Positions 15,160 to 24,584 are shown, numbered from the stretch's first letter. The stretch is DNA of 32,000 bases from Thermoproteota archaeon (GCA_030550235.1 JAUQPU010000001.1:65458-97457); one strand, 5' to 3'. Numbers and translations: made by a program. Notes: generated by a model from the letters alone, not told the origin.

Positions 15160-15717
15160 TCACCTGGAAGCTAGTGCGACTCGTTCCTGCTCGTTCTTCT
15201 TCTTTATTGCATAGCTCCTAACATCGTTGCTGGCAGCCAGAATCAGCTCGTTTGCTAAAGCCTCCTCTGTTGTTAGGGGGGTCCTGAAAGAGGAGACTCT
15301 TGCCGCCTCGGCGAGCCACCTGAGGGCAAGATCGAGCCGCCTCTGGGGGGCGATATCTACCGCCTTAAAATATGTTATGCCTCCATAGGTTACTCGTGTC
15401 ACGTCTTCGCGTGGGGCTGAGTTCTCTATGGCTCTTATGAGGACTTGTAGGGGGTTTTCACGGGTTCTCAGCTGGACTATTCTTAGAGCATTAAGCACTA
15501 TCTGGATTCCCCTGTATTTCTGGCCGCCGCTCCTTCCAGGCCTCATAAACATGTTCGCCAGCCTCTCTATTATGTGGACTTCTGCCTTGCCGAAGCGTCT
15601 GTGCTCGTGCCGCCCGCCTGAGTGAGGGATTGCGAGTGGTTTGAGTGATATGTAGGCCTTTAGCCCCTGGTCTCTAATGGTTAGCTCCTCGGTGATCCAT
15701 TCGTCGGGTATTCGCAT
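15160..15717 (-). CDS. rps7: 30S ribosomal protein uS7
   Basis: AIENSAPREDVTRVTYGGITYFKAVDIAPQRRLDLALRWL and the C-terminal AIKKKNEQERVA are typical of archaeal S7. Confidence 0.95.
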   Translation of the reverse strand: MRIPDEWITEELTIRDQGLKAYISLKPLAIPHSGGRHEHRRFGKAEVHIIERLANMFMRPGRSGGQKYRGIQIVLNALRIVQLRTRENPLQVLIRAIENSAPREDVTRVTYGGITYFKAVDIAPQRRLDLALRWLAEAARVSSFRTPLTTEEALANELILAASNDVRSYAIKKKNEQERVALASR

Positions 15718-15748
15718 CTGAGATAGGTGGCTATCCCCGAGAATTTAA

Positions 15749-16387
15749 CTATGCCTCACCGGCCTGCCTCTCTCTCCTTAAAGAATCTACTACATATATA
15801 GTCCTCCAAACTACGGTTATCGATGCGAGTGTAGCCCCTAGGTATAGGGCTATGTTGAGGATGGATGGGTAGAAGGGGGTTATTAGGGAGGCCGCCGAGA
15901 CGAGGATTATCCTCTCAGCCCTTTCCGCAATCCCTACACCGGCGAGTGAGACGCCCACCCCCTCCGCTCTAGCCCTCGAATAGCTCACGAGAAGGGAGGA
16001 GACGCAGAAGACCAGCACCGCTAGATCATCCACCAGGCCCGAGAGTAGCAGGCCGAGGCAGACAACCGCCTCCGCGGCCTTGTCGAGTATCGAGTCCAGA
16101 TACGCGCCCAGCCTAGAGGTTTTAGAGGAGAGGCGGGCAACCTCCCCGTCGATAGCGTCAAAGAACCCGGAGGCCAGCCACACAACCCCTCCAAATACTG
16201 GGAATAGAATGGACAAGCCGGTTAGAGCGTAGAGTATTGAAGAGGCGATCGATAATATGAATGCCCCATAGGTTAAATGTAAGGGCGAGACACCCCGCCT
16301 CACGAGAAATATAACTACTCTTCCTGCAAGCCTATTAATCAATCCCCTCTCCAAGTCCCTTCTATGCTTCCTCCTCCGCAACACCAC
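15749..16387 (-). CDS. CDP-alcohol phosphatidyltransferase family protein (archaetidylinositol-phosphate / archaetidylserine synthase-like)
   Basis: Signature DAIDGEVARLSSKTSRLGAYLDSILDK, i.e. D-x2-DG-x2-AR-x8-G-x3-D-x3-D, in a 6-TM protein of about 210 aa. GTG or TTG start. Confidence 0.85.
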   Translation of the reverse strand: MVLRRRKHRRDLERGLINRLAGRVVIFLVRRGVSPLHLTYGAFILSIASSILYALTGLSILFPVFGGVVWLASGFFDAIDGEVARLSSKTSRLGAYLDSILDKAAEAVVCLGLLLSGLVDDLAVLVFCVSSLLVSYSRARAEGVGVSLAGVGIAERAERIILVSAASLITPFYPSILNIALYLGATLASITVVWRTIYVVDSLRRERQAGEA

Positions 16388-16422
16388 CCCTCCCTAGGGT
16401 CGGAGGAATACGGTGCGAGATA

Positions 16423-16430
16423 TTTAATTA
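16423..16430 (+). promoter_or_regulatory. TATA-like box for thrS
   Basis: TTTAATTA ends 33 nt upstream of ATG 16463. This favours 16463 over the track's start at 16364 and over ATG 16448. Confidence 0.4.
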
Positions 16431-16462
16431 TAGGGACCTCCTGTCCGATGTTTAGCTGGTGT

Positions 16463-18169
16463 ATGAAGGCCCTTCAGCTACATGTTGACCATGTTGAGTA
16501 TGAGCCGGTTAGACGTGAGGGTGCAGTCTCTGAGGAAGTTGAGCCCGGTGTAACAAGCCTCAGAGAAGTGGTTGTCCTCTTCGCAAGTATAGAAGAGCAG
16601 GATGATGAGGAGGTTGCTGATGCTCTTTTGAAGGAAGTCGCAGAGTCCATGGAGAGGCTGGGCGCGGACACACTAGTCATATACCCCTACGCCCACCTGA
16701 GCAACAACCTGGCTCCGCCGATGAAGGCTCTACACCTCGTTAGATATATGGAAAGGAGGGCCCGGGAGATCGGTCTTAAAGTCCACAGGGCCCCGTTTGG
16801 GTGGAATAAGCGCTTCAGCCTCTCAGTTAAGGGTCATCCGCTTGCCGAGCAGTTCAGGGTCATGACTCGTGAGACGATAAGGGTGGAGAAAAGGACGGTA
16901 GCGCAGCAGGCGCAGCCTGCAGTGATCGAGGAGGGAGAGACACAGCATGTCCAGCTGGGGCGGGAACTAGACCTCTTCAGCATCCACCCAATACTTGGCT
17001 CAGGTTTCCCACTATTCCACGCTCGGGGAAGAATCATCAGGGACGAGTTGATAAAACTGATTAGAGAGGTAAACGCGAGGCTTGGCTTCGAGGAAGTCTG
17101 GACCCCCCATGTCTTCAAATCAGATATATGGTACCAGACAGGCCACTACGAACACTATCGCGAGAGAATGTTCACACTAACTGCACGCGGGGAGGAGTAT
17201 GTCGTGAAGCCTATGAACTGCCCAGGCCACGCGATGATATATGCGAGCAGGCCGAGAAGCTACCGCGACTTACCAATCATGTACTCTGAGTTCGGTACTG
17301 TCTATAGGAATGAACAGCCCGGCGAGCTCACAGGCCTCTTTAGGGTCAGAAGCATAACACAGGATGACGGGCACGCATTCGTTAGACCAGACCAGATCGA
17401 GGACGTTATAACTAGTATTCTCAGGGAAGTGGTTCGCGTCTTTGAGTTGACGCTGAATGGCAGGATATATTCCACTCTATCTACGAGGCCTGAATCTTAC
17501 ATAGGCGATCCGGCAAGGTGGGATGAGGCTACTGAAGCGCTAAAGCAGGCTCTTCTAAAGGCTGGATTAAGCTATGAGATAAAGGAGGGGGAGGGTGCAT
17601 TCTATGGCCCTAAGATCGATATCGATGCTGTAGACTCACTGGGTCGGAGGTGGCAGTGTTCCACCATCCAGCTTGACTTCAACCTACCCGAGAGGCTCGA
17701 CCTGAAGTATGTGGAGAGGGACGGCACGCAGCGGAGGCCGGTTATGATTCATCGGGCCATCCTTGGCTCCATCGAAAGGTTCATGGGTGTCTTGTTGGAG
17801 CACTATAACTGGAGGCTACCCCTCTGGTTGTCTCCCATCCAAGTAGCGGTTCTTCCGGTGAGTGAGAAGAATGTCGGGTACGCAAGGGGTGTTAAGGATG
17901 CATTGTGCAGTGTGGGTATTAGGACTGAACTCTGGGTTGAAGGTACTCTGGAGAAGAGGATTAGGATGGCCCACCAGACGAGAGCGTCTTTCACTGTAAT
18001 AACTGGGGATGAGGAGGAAGAGACTGGTACCATGACCCTCAGAGACTATAAAGGGAGGATAGTGAAGGGGCTGAAACCCCCAACATTCACAAGCTGGATC
18101 CTAGACCTCATCAAGAGACGCGCAGCCAACGTAGGTGAGATTGACGGCTCCCTAAAAACAGAAATGTAA
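16463..18169 (+). CDS. thrS: Threonyl-tRNA synthetase, archaeal full-length form with the N-terminal DTD-like editing domain
   Basis: The N-terminus MKALQLHVDHVEYEPV...VIYPYAHLSNNLAPP...APFGWNKRFSLSVKGHPLAE matches the archaeal ThrRS editing domain (compare remembered Pyrococcus MRVLLIHSDYIEYEVK...YPFAHLS...[20 protein letters not shown]). Class II catalytic motifs follow (KPMNCPGH, FRVRSITQDDGHAF, GEGAFYGPKID), then an anticodon-binding domain. Confidence 0.95.
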   Translation: MKALQLHVDHVEYEPVRREGAVSEEVEPGVTSLREVVVLFASIEEQDDEEVADALLKEVAESMERLGADTLVIYPYAHLSNNLAPPMKALHLVRYMERRAREIGLKVHRAPFGWNKRFSLSVKGHPLAEQFRVMTRETIRVEKRTVAQQAQPAVIEEGETQHVQLGRELDLFSIHPILGSGFPLFHARGRIIRDELIKLIREVNARLGFEEVWTPHVFKSDIWYQTGHYEHYRERMFTLTARGEEYVVKPMNCPGHAMIYASRPRSYRDLPIMYSEFGTVYRNEQPGELTGLFRVRSITQDDGHAFVRPDQIEDVITSILREVVRVFELTLNGRIYSTLSTRPESYIGDPARWDEATEALKQALLKAGLSYEIKEGEGAFYGPKIDIDAVDSLGRRWQCSTIQLDFNLPERLDLKYVERDGTQRRPVMIHRAILGSIERFMGVLLEHYNWRLPLWLSPIQVAVLPVSEKNVGYARGVKDALCSVGIRTELWVEGTLEKRIRMAHQTRASFTVITGDEEEETGTMTLRDYKGRIVKGLKPPTFTSWILDLIKRRAANVGEIDGSLKTEM

Positions 18170-18181
18170 TAACAGGTCCTA

Positions 18182-19456
18182 CTACTCATCCTTCTGGGGG
18201 TTGTACCTGCTGAAAAGGATTCTCAACCTACTGACATCCGCGCCACGTCTAAGCAAAAGGGCCTCCACCTCGTTTGCGAAGTCCCTCGCCAAACCGCGTG
18301 GCAGAGAGACCAGCGCATCGACAAGGTCCAGGCTCATTGGAAGCCCAGTAGATGGTGATGCTGTCTCCAAACAGTAGGAGAAAACATTCTCCAACAGGTC
18401 CTCAGAGACCGAGGAAGGAACATCAATACATATGGGTGGAAGATTCTTCACAGTCCTTATATAGAATCTCTTCATACGCCGGGCAAGCTTTACAATGCTT
18501 GAGCTGATAGGTCCTCCACGCCCTCGCCTAGAGCCTCTACGAGTCAAGTCGGCTGTCAGCTGAACATTCACGCGCCTCTCCGCCTCCCTCAAAACATCAT
18601 CAGGGCTCTTACCCCTAACCTTCGGGTCACGGGAGACGGACCTGTACCAGGAGAAGGCGTCAACCTTCTCATCGGCTCCGAGATATCGACCGTAGCTAAA
18701 GACCTCGCCAACATCCATCACAAGACTTAGTATAGCCCTATCGCTCAGGTTCAGGCCCTTTTTGTCGGTACGCTTGTACATCATATATCCGTCAATCGCC
18801 CTTGTGGGCACGCGTTTTATGATGCCGACTGCCCTCCCCGAATCTGCTATATACTCTGTCAATTTATTGATCTCTGAGATCAAGTCGAAGACTGTTTCAA
18901 AGTGTCTATTAGTCAGTGGCTCGGTGAAGTCTATTCTCTGCTCCTTGACGAGGCTGCAGCCTGTTCTGTAGCCTAGGAAGCTGCCATCGATGATGAGCAA
19001 GTCTACGGACAGCTCGTCACTCTCTAGTAGTTTTTTTGCAAGCGTCCTCTCCAGATATGTCGTCACGAGGTCCAGAACCTTCACGAATACCTCTTCATTC
19101 TCATGTATCTGCTCGTTCAGATAATTTCCAACATAATTCTCATTATTCTTTAGAGGTTCTATGCCGTGGAAGAGCTTGTATGCAGCTGCATAGAGGCCGT
19201 ATCTCACCCCAATCCTCTCACTAACCACCGGAGTATCAGACCCGTCAACGACAGCTATAGACATGTCCCTCCACTCACCTCGTAGGGGTGCGCGGCTAAT
19301 TCCCCTCGAGAGCTCACCCCGAATATGCTCTACGAGCTTGTCGATACCGCCTATCCGTTTTAGAAGACGTTCAGCCTCCTGCTCCGCCGCGTCGAAGTAT
19401 ATCTCCTGTAAAGGGCGCGGTATCTTTAGGAGGTCAGGAACCTCATCGCTCTCCAT
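18182..19456 (-). CDS. nurA: NurA-family 5'-3' nuclease
   Basis: NurA motif series: IAVVDGS, YLERTLAKK, LLIIDGSF, VGIIKRVPT, and C-terminal GLPMSLDLVDALVSLPRG. Start is ATG 19456 (14-nt overlap with herA) or GTG 19471 (29-nt overlap). Confidence 0.85.
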   Translation of the reverse strand: MESDEVPDLLKIPRPLQEIYFDAAEQEAERLLKRIGGIDKLVEHIRGELSRGISRAPLRGEWRDMSIAVVDGSDTPVVSERIGVRYGLYAAAYKLFHGIEPLKNNENYVGNYLNEQIHENEEVFVKVLDLVTTYLERTLAKKLLESDELSVDLLIIDGSFLGYRTGCSLVKEQRIDFTEPLTNRHFETVFDLISEINKLTEYIADSGRAVGIIKRVPTRAIDGYMMYKRTDKKGLNLSDRAILSLVMDVGEVFSYGRYLGADEKVDAFSWYRSVSRDPKVRGKSPDDVLREAERRVNVQLTADLTRRGSRRGRGGPISSSIVKLARRMKRFYIRTVKNLPPICIDVPSSVSEDLLENVFSYCLETASPSTGLPMSLDLVDALVSLPRGLARDFANEVEALLLRRGADVSRLRILFSRYNPQKDE

Positions 19457-20924
19457 GTCGAAGCTTCTCACTCTCCTCGATCTCGAATGTTATTAGAATG
19501 GGGACTGGTGAGGGATTCATTTTCCCTACGATATAGAAATGGCCTTCAGGTAGACGGAGGAGGCTGTCAGCCCTGATCAAGGAGTTGGTGAAGAACTTCT
19601 CAGCCTCGAAAGCGTCTAGTGGGTGAATCCGACCGATAAAGAGCGTGTTGAGATTACGCCTCACAGCCGCATTGATTCCTATCTCACCCGCAATACCCTG
19701 GGAAACAAGAACCAGTGAGAGGCCATAAGAACGGCCCAGAGCCGCTAGCTCAATTATGTGTTCTGTCGTCTCCATCTCTATTCCCTGAGGATTCCAGGGG
19801 CAGTACTGAGGAGCCTCATCTATGAGCAAGGCGATGTTCAATCTGTTCTTCTCCTCCATCAACTCCTTCAGCTTACGGGCAATAGAGAGAAATATACTGA
19901 GCTTCTGCTCCTTTGACCCATAGCTCAAGTCGATGATCAGTATCTTCTTCTCCCTGAGTAGGTCAATTATCTCTGAAGCACTCTTCTGGCCTAGGACAGG
20001 CTCGATATCCTCGGGTCTCAACCTCTTGAAATATTTCCTCGCCCTCCTAAGATACAGCTCACCCCACCTCGATAACTGGCCAGACTTCTCCCTATTGTCC
20101 TCTGTTATCGCATCCTCCATAGCCTCCATAAGCCTCTCCAATGTTCTGGAAGGGTCGGAATCTCTCCATGAGCCCTCAGTGATGACTTCGTCGAGGTATC
20201 TAGCAAGAGCTTCTGCCGGCTTTCCACCCCCAAACCGGTCCAGCTTCTCGAACAAGTAACTGTATATTGAGGACTCGTCGAGCTCAATATCGCCCATACT
20301 AATGACCGAGCCAGGATAGTAGGGGGCGTAATCGCTTCCTTTCCAGTCGAGAATCAATATGTTGTAGCCTGTGTTTTGTAGGAATGGGATTAGCTCATAT
20401 CTGCAGAGGAATGATTTGCCCGAGCCCGTCACTCCAAATACTCCTATGTGGTGTGGGATGTACTCGGCAAGTACAGGAACCCTCCAGTTTGAATCCCCCA
20501 TCGCATAGTAGCCAATTGTGTTTTTGACATGGCCGAATAGCTTCATAGGATTGCTGCCTGGTTTAAATCTATAAACCGGCGAGGCGGGGGCGATAATCGT
20601 CTTGTTCTGTTTAACCTCGTTATCCGTTATCTCACCTATCACAACGAGTGTAAAACTGTAAAATTCCTTAGCAGTGCTGGCCTCTCTACCACTCCTCGCG
20701 TAGGCCACCCCTGGATTATAATAGCTTAGCTTCAGGTTGTCGTTGTTTCCCGCCCCCTCCCGGCAAACGGCTAGGATCTTGTTACCGTTTCTATTGTCGA
20801 TTAGGACTAGGCTCTCGGAAGTAACCTCCCTCTCCTTACCTTCTTGCAGGATACATCCCGCCTCATTAACACGAGTGGGACTTGCGACAATCCCTATCTG
20901 CTCCAACTCATCCCAGTCAACCAA
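19443..20924 (-). CDS. herA: HerA-family hexameric DNA translocase/helicase (FtsK-HerA superfamily)
   Basis: N-terminal barrel-like region. Walker A in HHIGVFGVTGSGKSF. Walker B in IALLIDEAPQY. LVLVSQGIAGEI...LFIGRI and PEGHFYIVGK are collinear with remembered Sulfolobus HerA. TTG start. Confidence 0.88.
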   Translation of the reverse strand: MVDWDELEQIGIVASPTRVNEAGCILQEGKEREVTSESLVLIDNRNGNKILAVCREGAGNNDNLKLSYYNPGVAYARSGREASTAKEFYSFTLVVIGEITDNEVKQNKTIIAPASPVYRFKPGSNPMKLFGHVKNTIGYYAMGDSNWRVPVLAEYIPHHIGVFGVTGSGKSFLCRYELIPFLQNTGYNILILDWKGSDYAPYYPGSVISMGDIELDESSIYSYLFEKLDRFGGGKPAEALARYLDEVITEGSWRDSDPSRTLERLMEAMEDAITEDNREKSGQLSRWGELYLRRARKYFKRLRPEDIEPVLGQKSASEIIDLLREKKILIIDLSYGSKEQKLSIFLSIARKLKELMEEKNRLNIALLIDEAPQYCPWNPQGIEMETTEHIIELAALGRSYGLSLVLVSQGIAGEIGINAAVRRNLNTLFIGRIHPLDAFEAEKFFTNSLIRADSLLRLPEGHFYIVGKMNPSPVPILITFEIEESEKLRHGER

Positions 20925-21042
20925 GATCTTCTATCATCTGAAGACTATGGTAGGGGATAAAAAACTTTTAGACAGTGCGGAGAAATAATTAAAGTCCTAA
21001 TCAACTAAATATATTGATGGGGGGCAGGTCTAATCATGTGAG

Positions 21043-21879
21043 ATGGTGGGGATGAAGGGGACGCTATGCGAAGTAATAGTCATAGGTAATGAGATACTGA
21101 ATGGCTCGGTCAAAGATACCAACAGTGGCTGGTTAGCTGCGAGGCTCCACGAGGTAGGGCTAAGCCTGAGGAGAATCACGACTGTAAGGGATGATGTGGG
21201 AGAGATAAGCAGGGCAATTAGAGAGGCAATGAAGAGGGGGGCGAAGTGGATAATTACCAGCGGAGGGCTTGGACCGACATACGACGATATAACTCTGGAG
21301 GCAGTGGCCAAGGCTGTAGGGCGGAAGCTTATAGTCAACCAGGAGGCGGTGAACATGTTGAAGGAGAGGTACAGGAGACTCTACGAGGTTGGAATTATCA
21401 AGGACCCCGAACTCACACAGGCTAGGCTCAAGATGGCCATCATGCCAAGGGGAGCTATAGCCCTCAGAAACAACGCAGGCTCCGCGCCTGGCTGTTTAGT
21501 AAAAGTGAAGAACGTCAATATAGTCTCCCTACCCGGCGTGCCCAGAGAACTGATGGACATCTTTGAAAACGAGGTCAAGCCCAGGATAGAGAGCGAGGCT
21601 AAGAGGTTGCACAGGGCTAGGCTCTGGATGAATGTGAAGGGTGTGCCCGAGTCTGTCTATGCGCAGGATCTGGAGAGAATATACCGGCAGCTCCGCGGGA
21701 AAGTATACATGAAGTCTCACCCACAAGGAATCGTGGGCGGTATCTCCGCAACTAGAATTGAGCTAGTAAGCGAGGATTTTAGTAGAGATAGGGCTGAGGA
21801 GAACCTCGCGAAGGCCGAGCAGCTAATTAGGAAGATGCTTGAGAGGCTAGGGGCTATCGAGGTTAGCGTTGAGAGGTGA
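21043..21879 (+). CDS. CinA-like / MoCF-biosynthesis (molybdopterin-binding) domain protein
   Basis: EVIVIGNEILNGSVKDTNSGWLAARL...VRDDVGEI...WIITSGGLGPTYDDIT is the CinA N-terminal/MoaB-Mog fold signature. Confidence 0.8.
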   Translation: MVGMKGTLCEVIVIGNEILNGSVKDTNSGWLAARLHEVGLSLRRITTVRDDVGEISRAIREAMKRGAKWIITSGGLGPTYDDITLEAVAKAVGRKLIVNQEAVNMLKERYRRLYEVGIIKDPELTQARLKMAIMPRGAIALRNNAGSAPGCLVKVKNVNIVSLPGVPRELMDIFENEVKPRIESEAKRLHRARLWMNVKGVPESVYAQDLERIYRQLRGKVYMKSHPQGIVGGISATRIELVSEDFSRDRAEENLAKAEQLIRKMLERLGAIEVSVER

Positions 21880-22925
21880 TGGCGGTGGAGTTCCTCCTCT
21901 CTGCAGAGTCGCTTGAGAGCAGGCCTGCGATAGAAACCATGCTACAGCTGGTCGATAAAGAAGCTGAGCTCTACAGGAAGGGTGTAGAGGCAGCACGTGG
22001 GACAAGAACTTCAAGAGGAGGGGCCGGCCCAGTTGTCTTCTATGGTCTGGGGGGCTCAGGAATAGTCGGCCATATCGCCTCGACAATCTTTCAGCAAGAC
22101 TCAAAGACTCCATTAATAACATACACCACTTCATCGCTTCCAACCTGGATTGGGCCAGACACCATAGTTTTTCTATTGAGTTATTCGGGAGAGACTGTCG
22201 AGGTCTTAAGGGCAGCCCAAAAGGTCTTACATGCTAGGGTTAGCGCTGTTGCAGTATGTTCCGGCGGTTCCTTAGAAAGGCTAGCGCGGGATAATGGAGT
22301 GCCCGTAGTTTGTGTGACTAAGGGCTTGGCCCCGAGGATGGCTGTACCCGAGATGGTCGGGGCCGTGGCATCATTACTCAATGATATGGACATCGTCAGC
22401 GGGGCAGAAGAGAAGCTCCTCGTCTCAGCCAAATCGCTAGAGAAGGTTAGGGAATCGCTCTCGGCTCATGCAGACTTGCCAGAAAACTCGGCTAAGAGAG
22501 CAGCGCTCTTTCTGCTCGACCACCTGCCCCACGCAATCGTTGAGAGTACCTTATTTCCCGTAGCACTCCGACTAAAGAATCAGTTAAACGAGAATGCAAA
22601 GAGACCCTGCATCGTTATCGACGTGCCAGAGGCTATGCATAATACTCTAGAAGCCCTACCTAACACAAGGCGTGACAGATACATAATCTATAGGTGGGAT
22701 GGAGAAGAGGAGCTAATCAGGCTTCAACTCGAATTCTTGAAAAGGCTCCTCGCGAGGAGGGTTTTCGAGGCGAGATTTAGCGGAGACATAGTCGAGACCG
22801 TCCTCTCAGCAATCATGTGGTCTGACTACGTAAGCATATATCTCGCAGCCCTCCAAAACATAGACCCACTCCCCGTCAGCAAAATATCAGCAATAAGGCG
22901 TGAACTAGCAAGACTAAAAACATAG
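21876..22925 (+). CDS. Bifunctional phosphoglucose/phosphomannose isomerase (SIS domain, crenarchaeal PGI/PMI type)
   Basis: FYGLGGSGIVGHIAS, LLSYSGETVEVL and RLKNQLNENAKRPCIVIDVPEAMHNTLEAL match the PGI/PMI family. The start (GTG 21876 or ATG 21879) overlaps the upstream stop. Confidence 0.8.
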   Translation: MMAVEFLLSAESLESRPAIETMLQLVDKEAELYRKGVEAARGTRTSRGGAGPVVFYGLGGSGIVGHIASTIFQQDSKTPLITYTTSSLPTWIGPDTIVFLLSYSGETVEVLRAAQKVLHARVSAVAVCSGGSLERLARDNGVPVVCVTKGLAPRMAVPEMVGAVASLLNDMDIVSGAEEKLLVSAKSLEKVRESLSAHADLPENSAKRAALFLLDHLPHAIVESTLFPVALRLKNQLNENAKRPCIVIDVPEAMHNTLEALPNTRRDRYIIYRWDGEEELIRLQLEFLKRLLARRVFEARFSGDIVETVLSAIMWSDYVSIYLAALQNIDPLPVSKISAIRRELARLKT

Positions 22926-22944
22926 AAAGTCATAGAACATTGGC

Positions 22945-23490
22945 ATGAGGCCCGACTTTAAAAAGAGGATTGTTCTGACGATGATAATCAGCGCCGCTCT
23001 ATATGGGATACTGGTTCTCGGGTCTCAGGCAGAACTAACCCCTGCTGAGGCTGAACAACTTTCAAACCAGCTCGAACAGCTGGCTACAGGCATCGACTCG
23101 CCCTTCTTCATCTTCATGAACAACTTCGCCCTCTCATTATTGATGGCGATACCTTTCGCAGGCCCATTCATAGCTGGCTGGATAGTTTACGAGACAGGAA
23201 GATATTTCTCAGCAATGGGGATAGTGTCAGAGATCAACCCAACCCTACTCGTTATGCTGCCTATATTCTTGGTCTACGGTCTTCTGGAATTTATTGGGTA
23301 TGGGGGAATGGTTGCCGGAAGCATTATAATGAGCTATAAAATATTGAAGAGACAGTTCCGGGTCGAAGTCAAGTATTATCTTTTAACGTTGCTATTGTTT
23401 GCTGTGGTAATTTTAGTTGCGGCCCTCATTGAATACTATATAATAAAGGTTGCACAAGACTTTATGAGAAACATCCAAAATATCATTTGA
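22945..23490 (+). CDS. SpoIIM-like (DUF95) integral membrane protein
   Basis: 4-5 TM helices. FIFMNNFALSLLMAIPFAGPFIAGW and LLEFIGYGGMVAGS resemble the stage II sporulation protein M family. Confidence 0.55.
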   Translation: MRPDFKKRIVLTMIISAALYGILVLGSQAELTPAEAEQLSNQLEQLATGIDSPFFIFMNNFALSLLMAIPFAGPFIAGWIVYETGRYFSAMGIVSEINPTLLVMLPIFLVYGLLEFIGYGGMVAGSIIMSYKILKRQFRVEVKYYLLTLLLFAVVILVAALIEYYIIKVAQDFMRNIQNII

Positions 23491-23543
23491 ATACACAGTG
23501 AGAAAACAAATTTTAAATAGAAGCCTCTCAATAATTCTACGGC

Positions 23544-23873
23544 ATGAGGAGGCTACCTAAGGGCTCGTCAGAGCCTATAATTTTGAAGTCATTGATCGGT
23601 GGCGATAAATCTATTCGCGATATAGAGCGTATAACTAGACTGAAAAAACCTACACTATACCTCTCGCTGAATAAGATGAAGAAGAAGGGTTTGATTAAGC
23701 CTTTGGGGACTAGGAGGTCTAGGAGGTGGGCGCTTACTCGGAAGGGGAGAAAGATAATAAAGAATAGGGTTCAAGCCGAGAAGATTCTACAGAAGATCGC
23801 TGGGCCTCTAAGAAAGGTTGTTGACTTAGGCTTCTCGTTTAGGGAGATCGAAAGGACGGTCTCAAGAAAATAA
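23544..23873 (+). CDS. Small basic winged-helix DNA-binding protein
   Basis: IILKSLIGGDKSIRDIERITRLKKPTLYLSLNKMKKKGLIKPLG...RWALTRKGRKII fits a wHTH pattern (MarR/PadR-like). A TATA-like AAATTTTAAATA lies about 30 nt upstream. Confidence 0.6.
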   Translation: MRRLPKGSSEPIILKSLIGGDKSIRDIERITRLKKPTLYLSLNKMKKKGLIKPLGTRRSRRWALTRKGRKIIKNRVQAEKILQKIAGPLRKVVDLGFSFREIERTVSRK

Positions 23874-24584
23874 TAGTTTAACGATTAGTGCTGATAAGTC
23901 TCCCAACACATAGTTTATCACAAGTCCTATAGAGATTGATACGAGGAGAGGGATGGATGGTGTGGCCCATCCACCTGGGCGGAGTGGCTTCCAGAATTCC
24001 TCAATACCGACCGTGAACCTGAATCTCCACTCCCCCGTAAACTCCTCCATAGGCGCCCAGTATTTTCGTCTCTCAGGGTCTCTGAGAGGTGTACCGAGGA
24101 ATATCGCAAGTAGCTTTCGATAGGCCTTCTCGTGCCTAAATTCTCTAAATATGTCCTCCCTCCTCACGAATATTTTATAGAAATTGAGGAGGACGATGGC
24201 TAATGGTATTGCTAGTGAAACTAGGAGGCCGTTTAGAAGGACTGTTATGGATGTGAATGGGTGGTATCTCTCTCCCCCTATGCTGAGGGGTGATGCTAGG
24301 GCTATTACAACAAGGGCCTTCGCGTCAGCTCCGCCATAGAGCCCGACAATATAGAAGAGCACCGACAAAAGAATCGTTACGCCGACTGAGATGGCTGATA
24401 GAATAGGGCTAATATTACCGAGTAGCGTGGAGTATATTGTAACTGGCGTGGTTATTGATGCGCATGAAATCCACACCCAATCGTCTACAAGCCTTACTCT
24501 GATGTCTTCGTATGACGCGTAGAATAGGGTCAGGAAAAGGACTGCCGAGTTAAAAAAAGTCAGGTATTCTGCTACTACGGCCAA
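23862..24584 (-). CDS. A24-family aspartic prepilin/preflagellin peptidase (PibD/FlaK-like)
   Basis: Polytopic membrane protein with two candidate catalytic Asp motifs: SYEDIRVRLV and LYGGADAKAL. TTG start that overlaps the gdhA stop by 10 nt. Confidence 0.78.
   Translation of the reverse strand: MAVVAEYLTFFNSAVLFLTLFYASYEDIRVRLVDDWVWISCASITTPVTIYSTLLGNISPILSAISVGVTILLSVLFYIVGLYGGADAKALVVIALASPLSIGGERYHPFTSITVLLNGLLVSLAIPLAIVLLNFYKIFVRREDIFREFRHEKAYRKLLAIFLGTPLRDPERRKYWAPMEEFTGEWRFRFTVGIEEFWKPLRPGGWATPSIPLLVSISIGLVINYVLGDLSALIVKLLFS

Noticed and set aside
16364-16462. 33-aa N-terminal extension of thrS that overlaps the CDP-alcohol transferase gene
   Set aside because: The editing-domain homology begins at MKALQLHVDHVEYEPV (ATG 16463). 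A TATA-like box at 16423-16430 lies inside the extension.
18182-20924. herA-nurA read as a dedicated antiviral defence system
   Set aside because: Both proteins carry the full canonical HerA and NurA motif sets. The flanks are housekeeping genes with no other defence or mobile genes nearby. I keep it as a finding for its uncoupling from mre11/rad50, but I do not call it a defence system.
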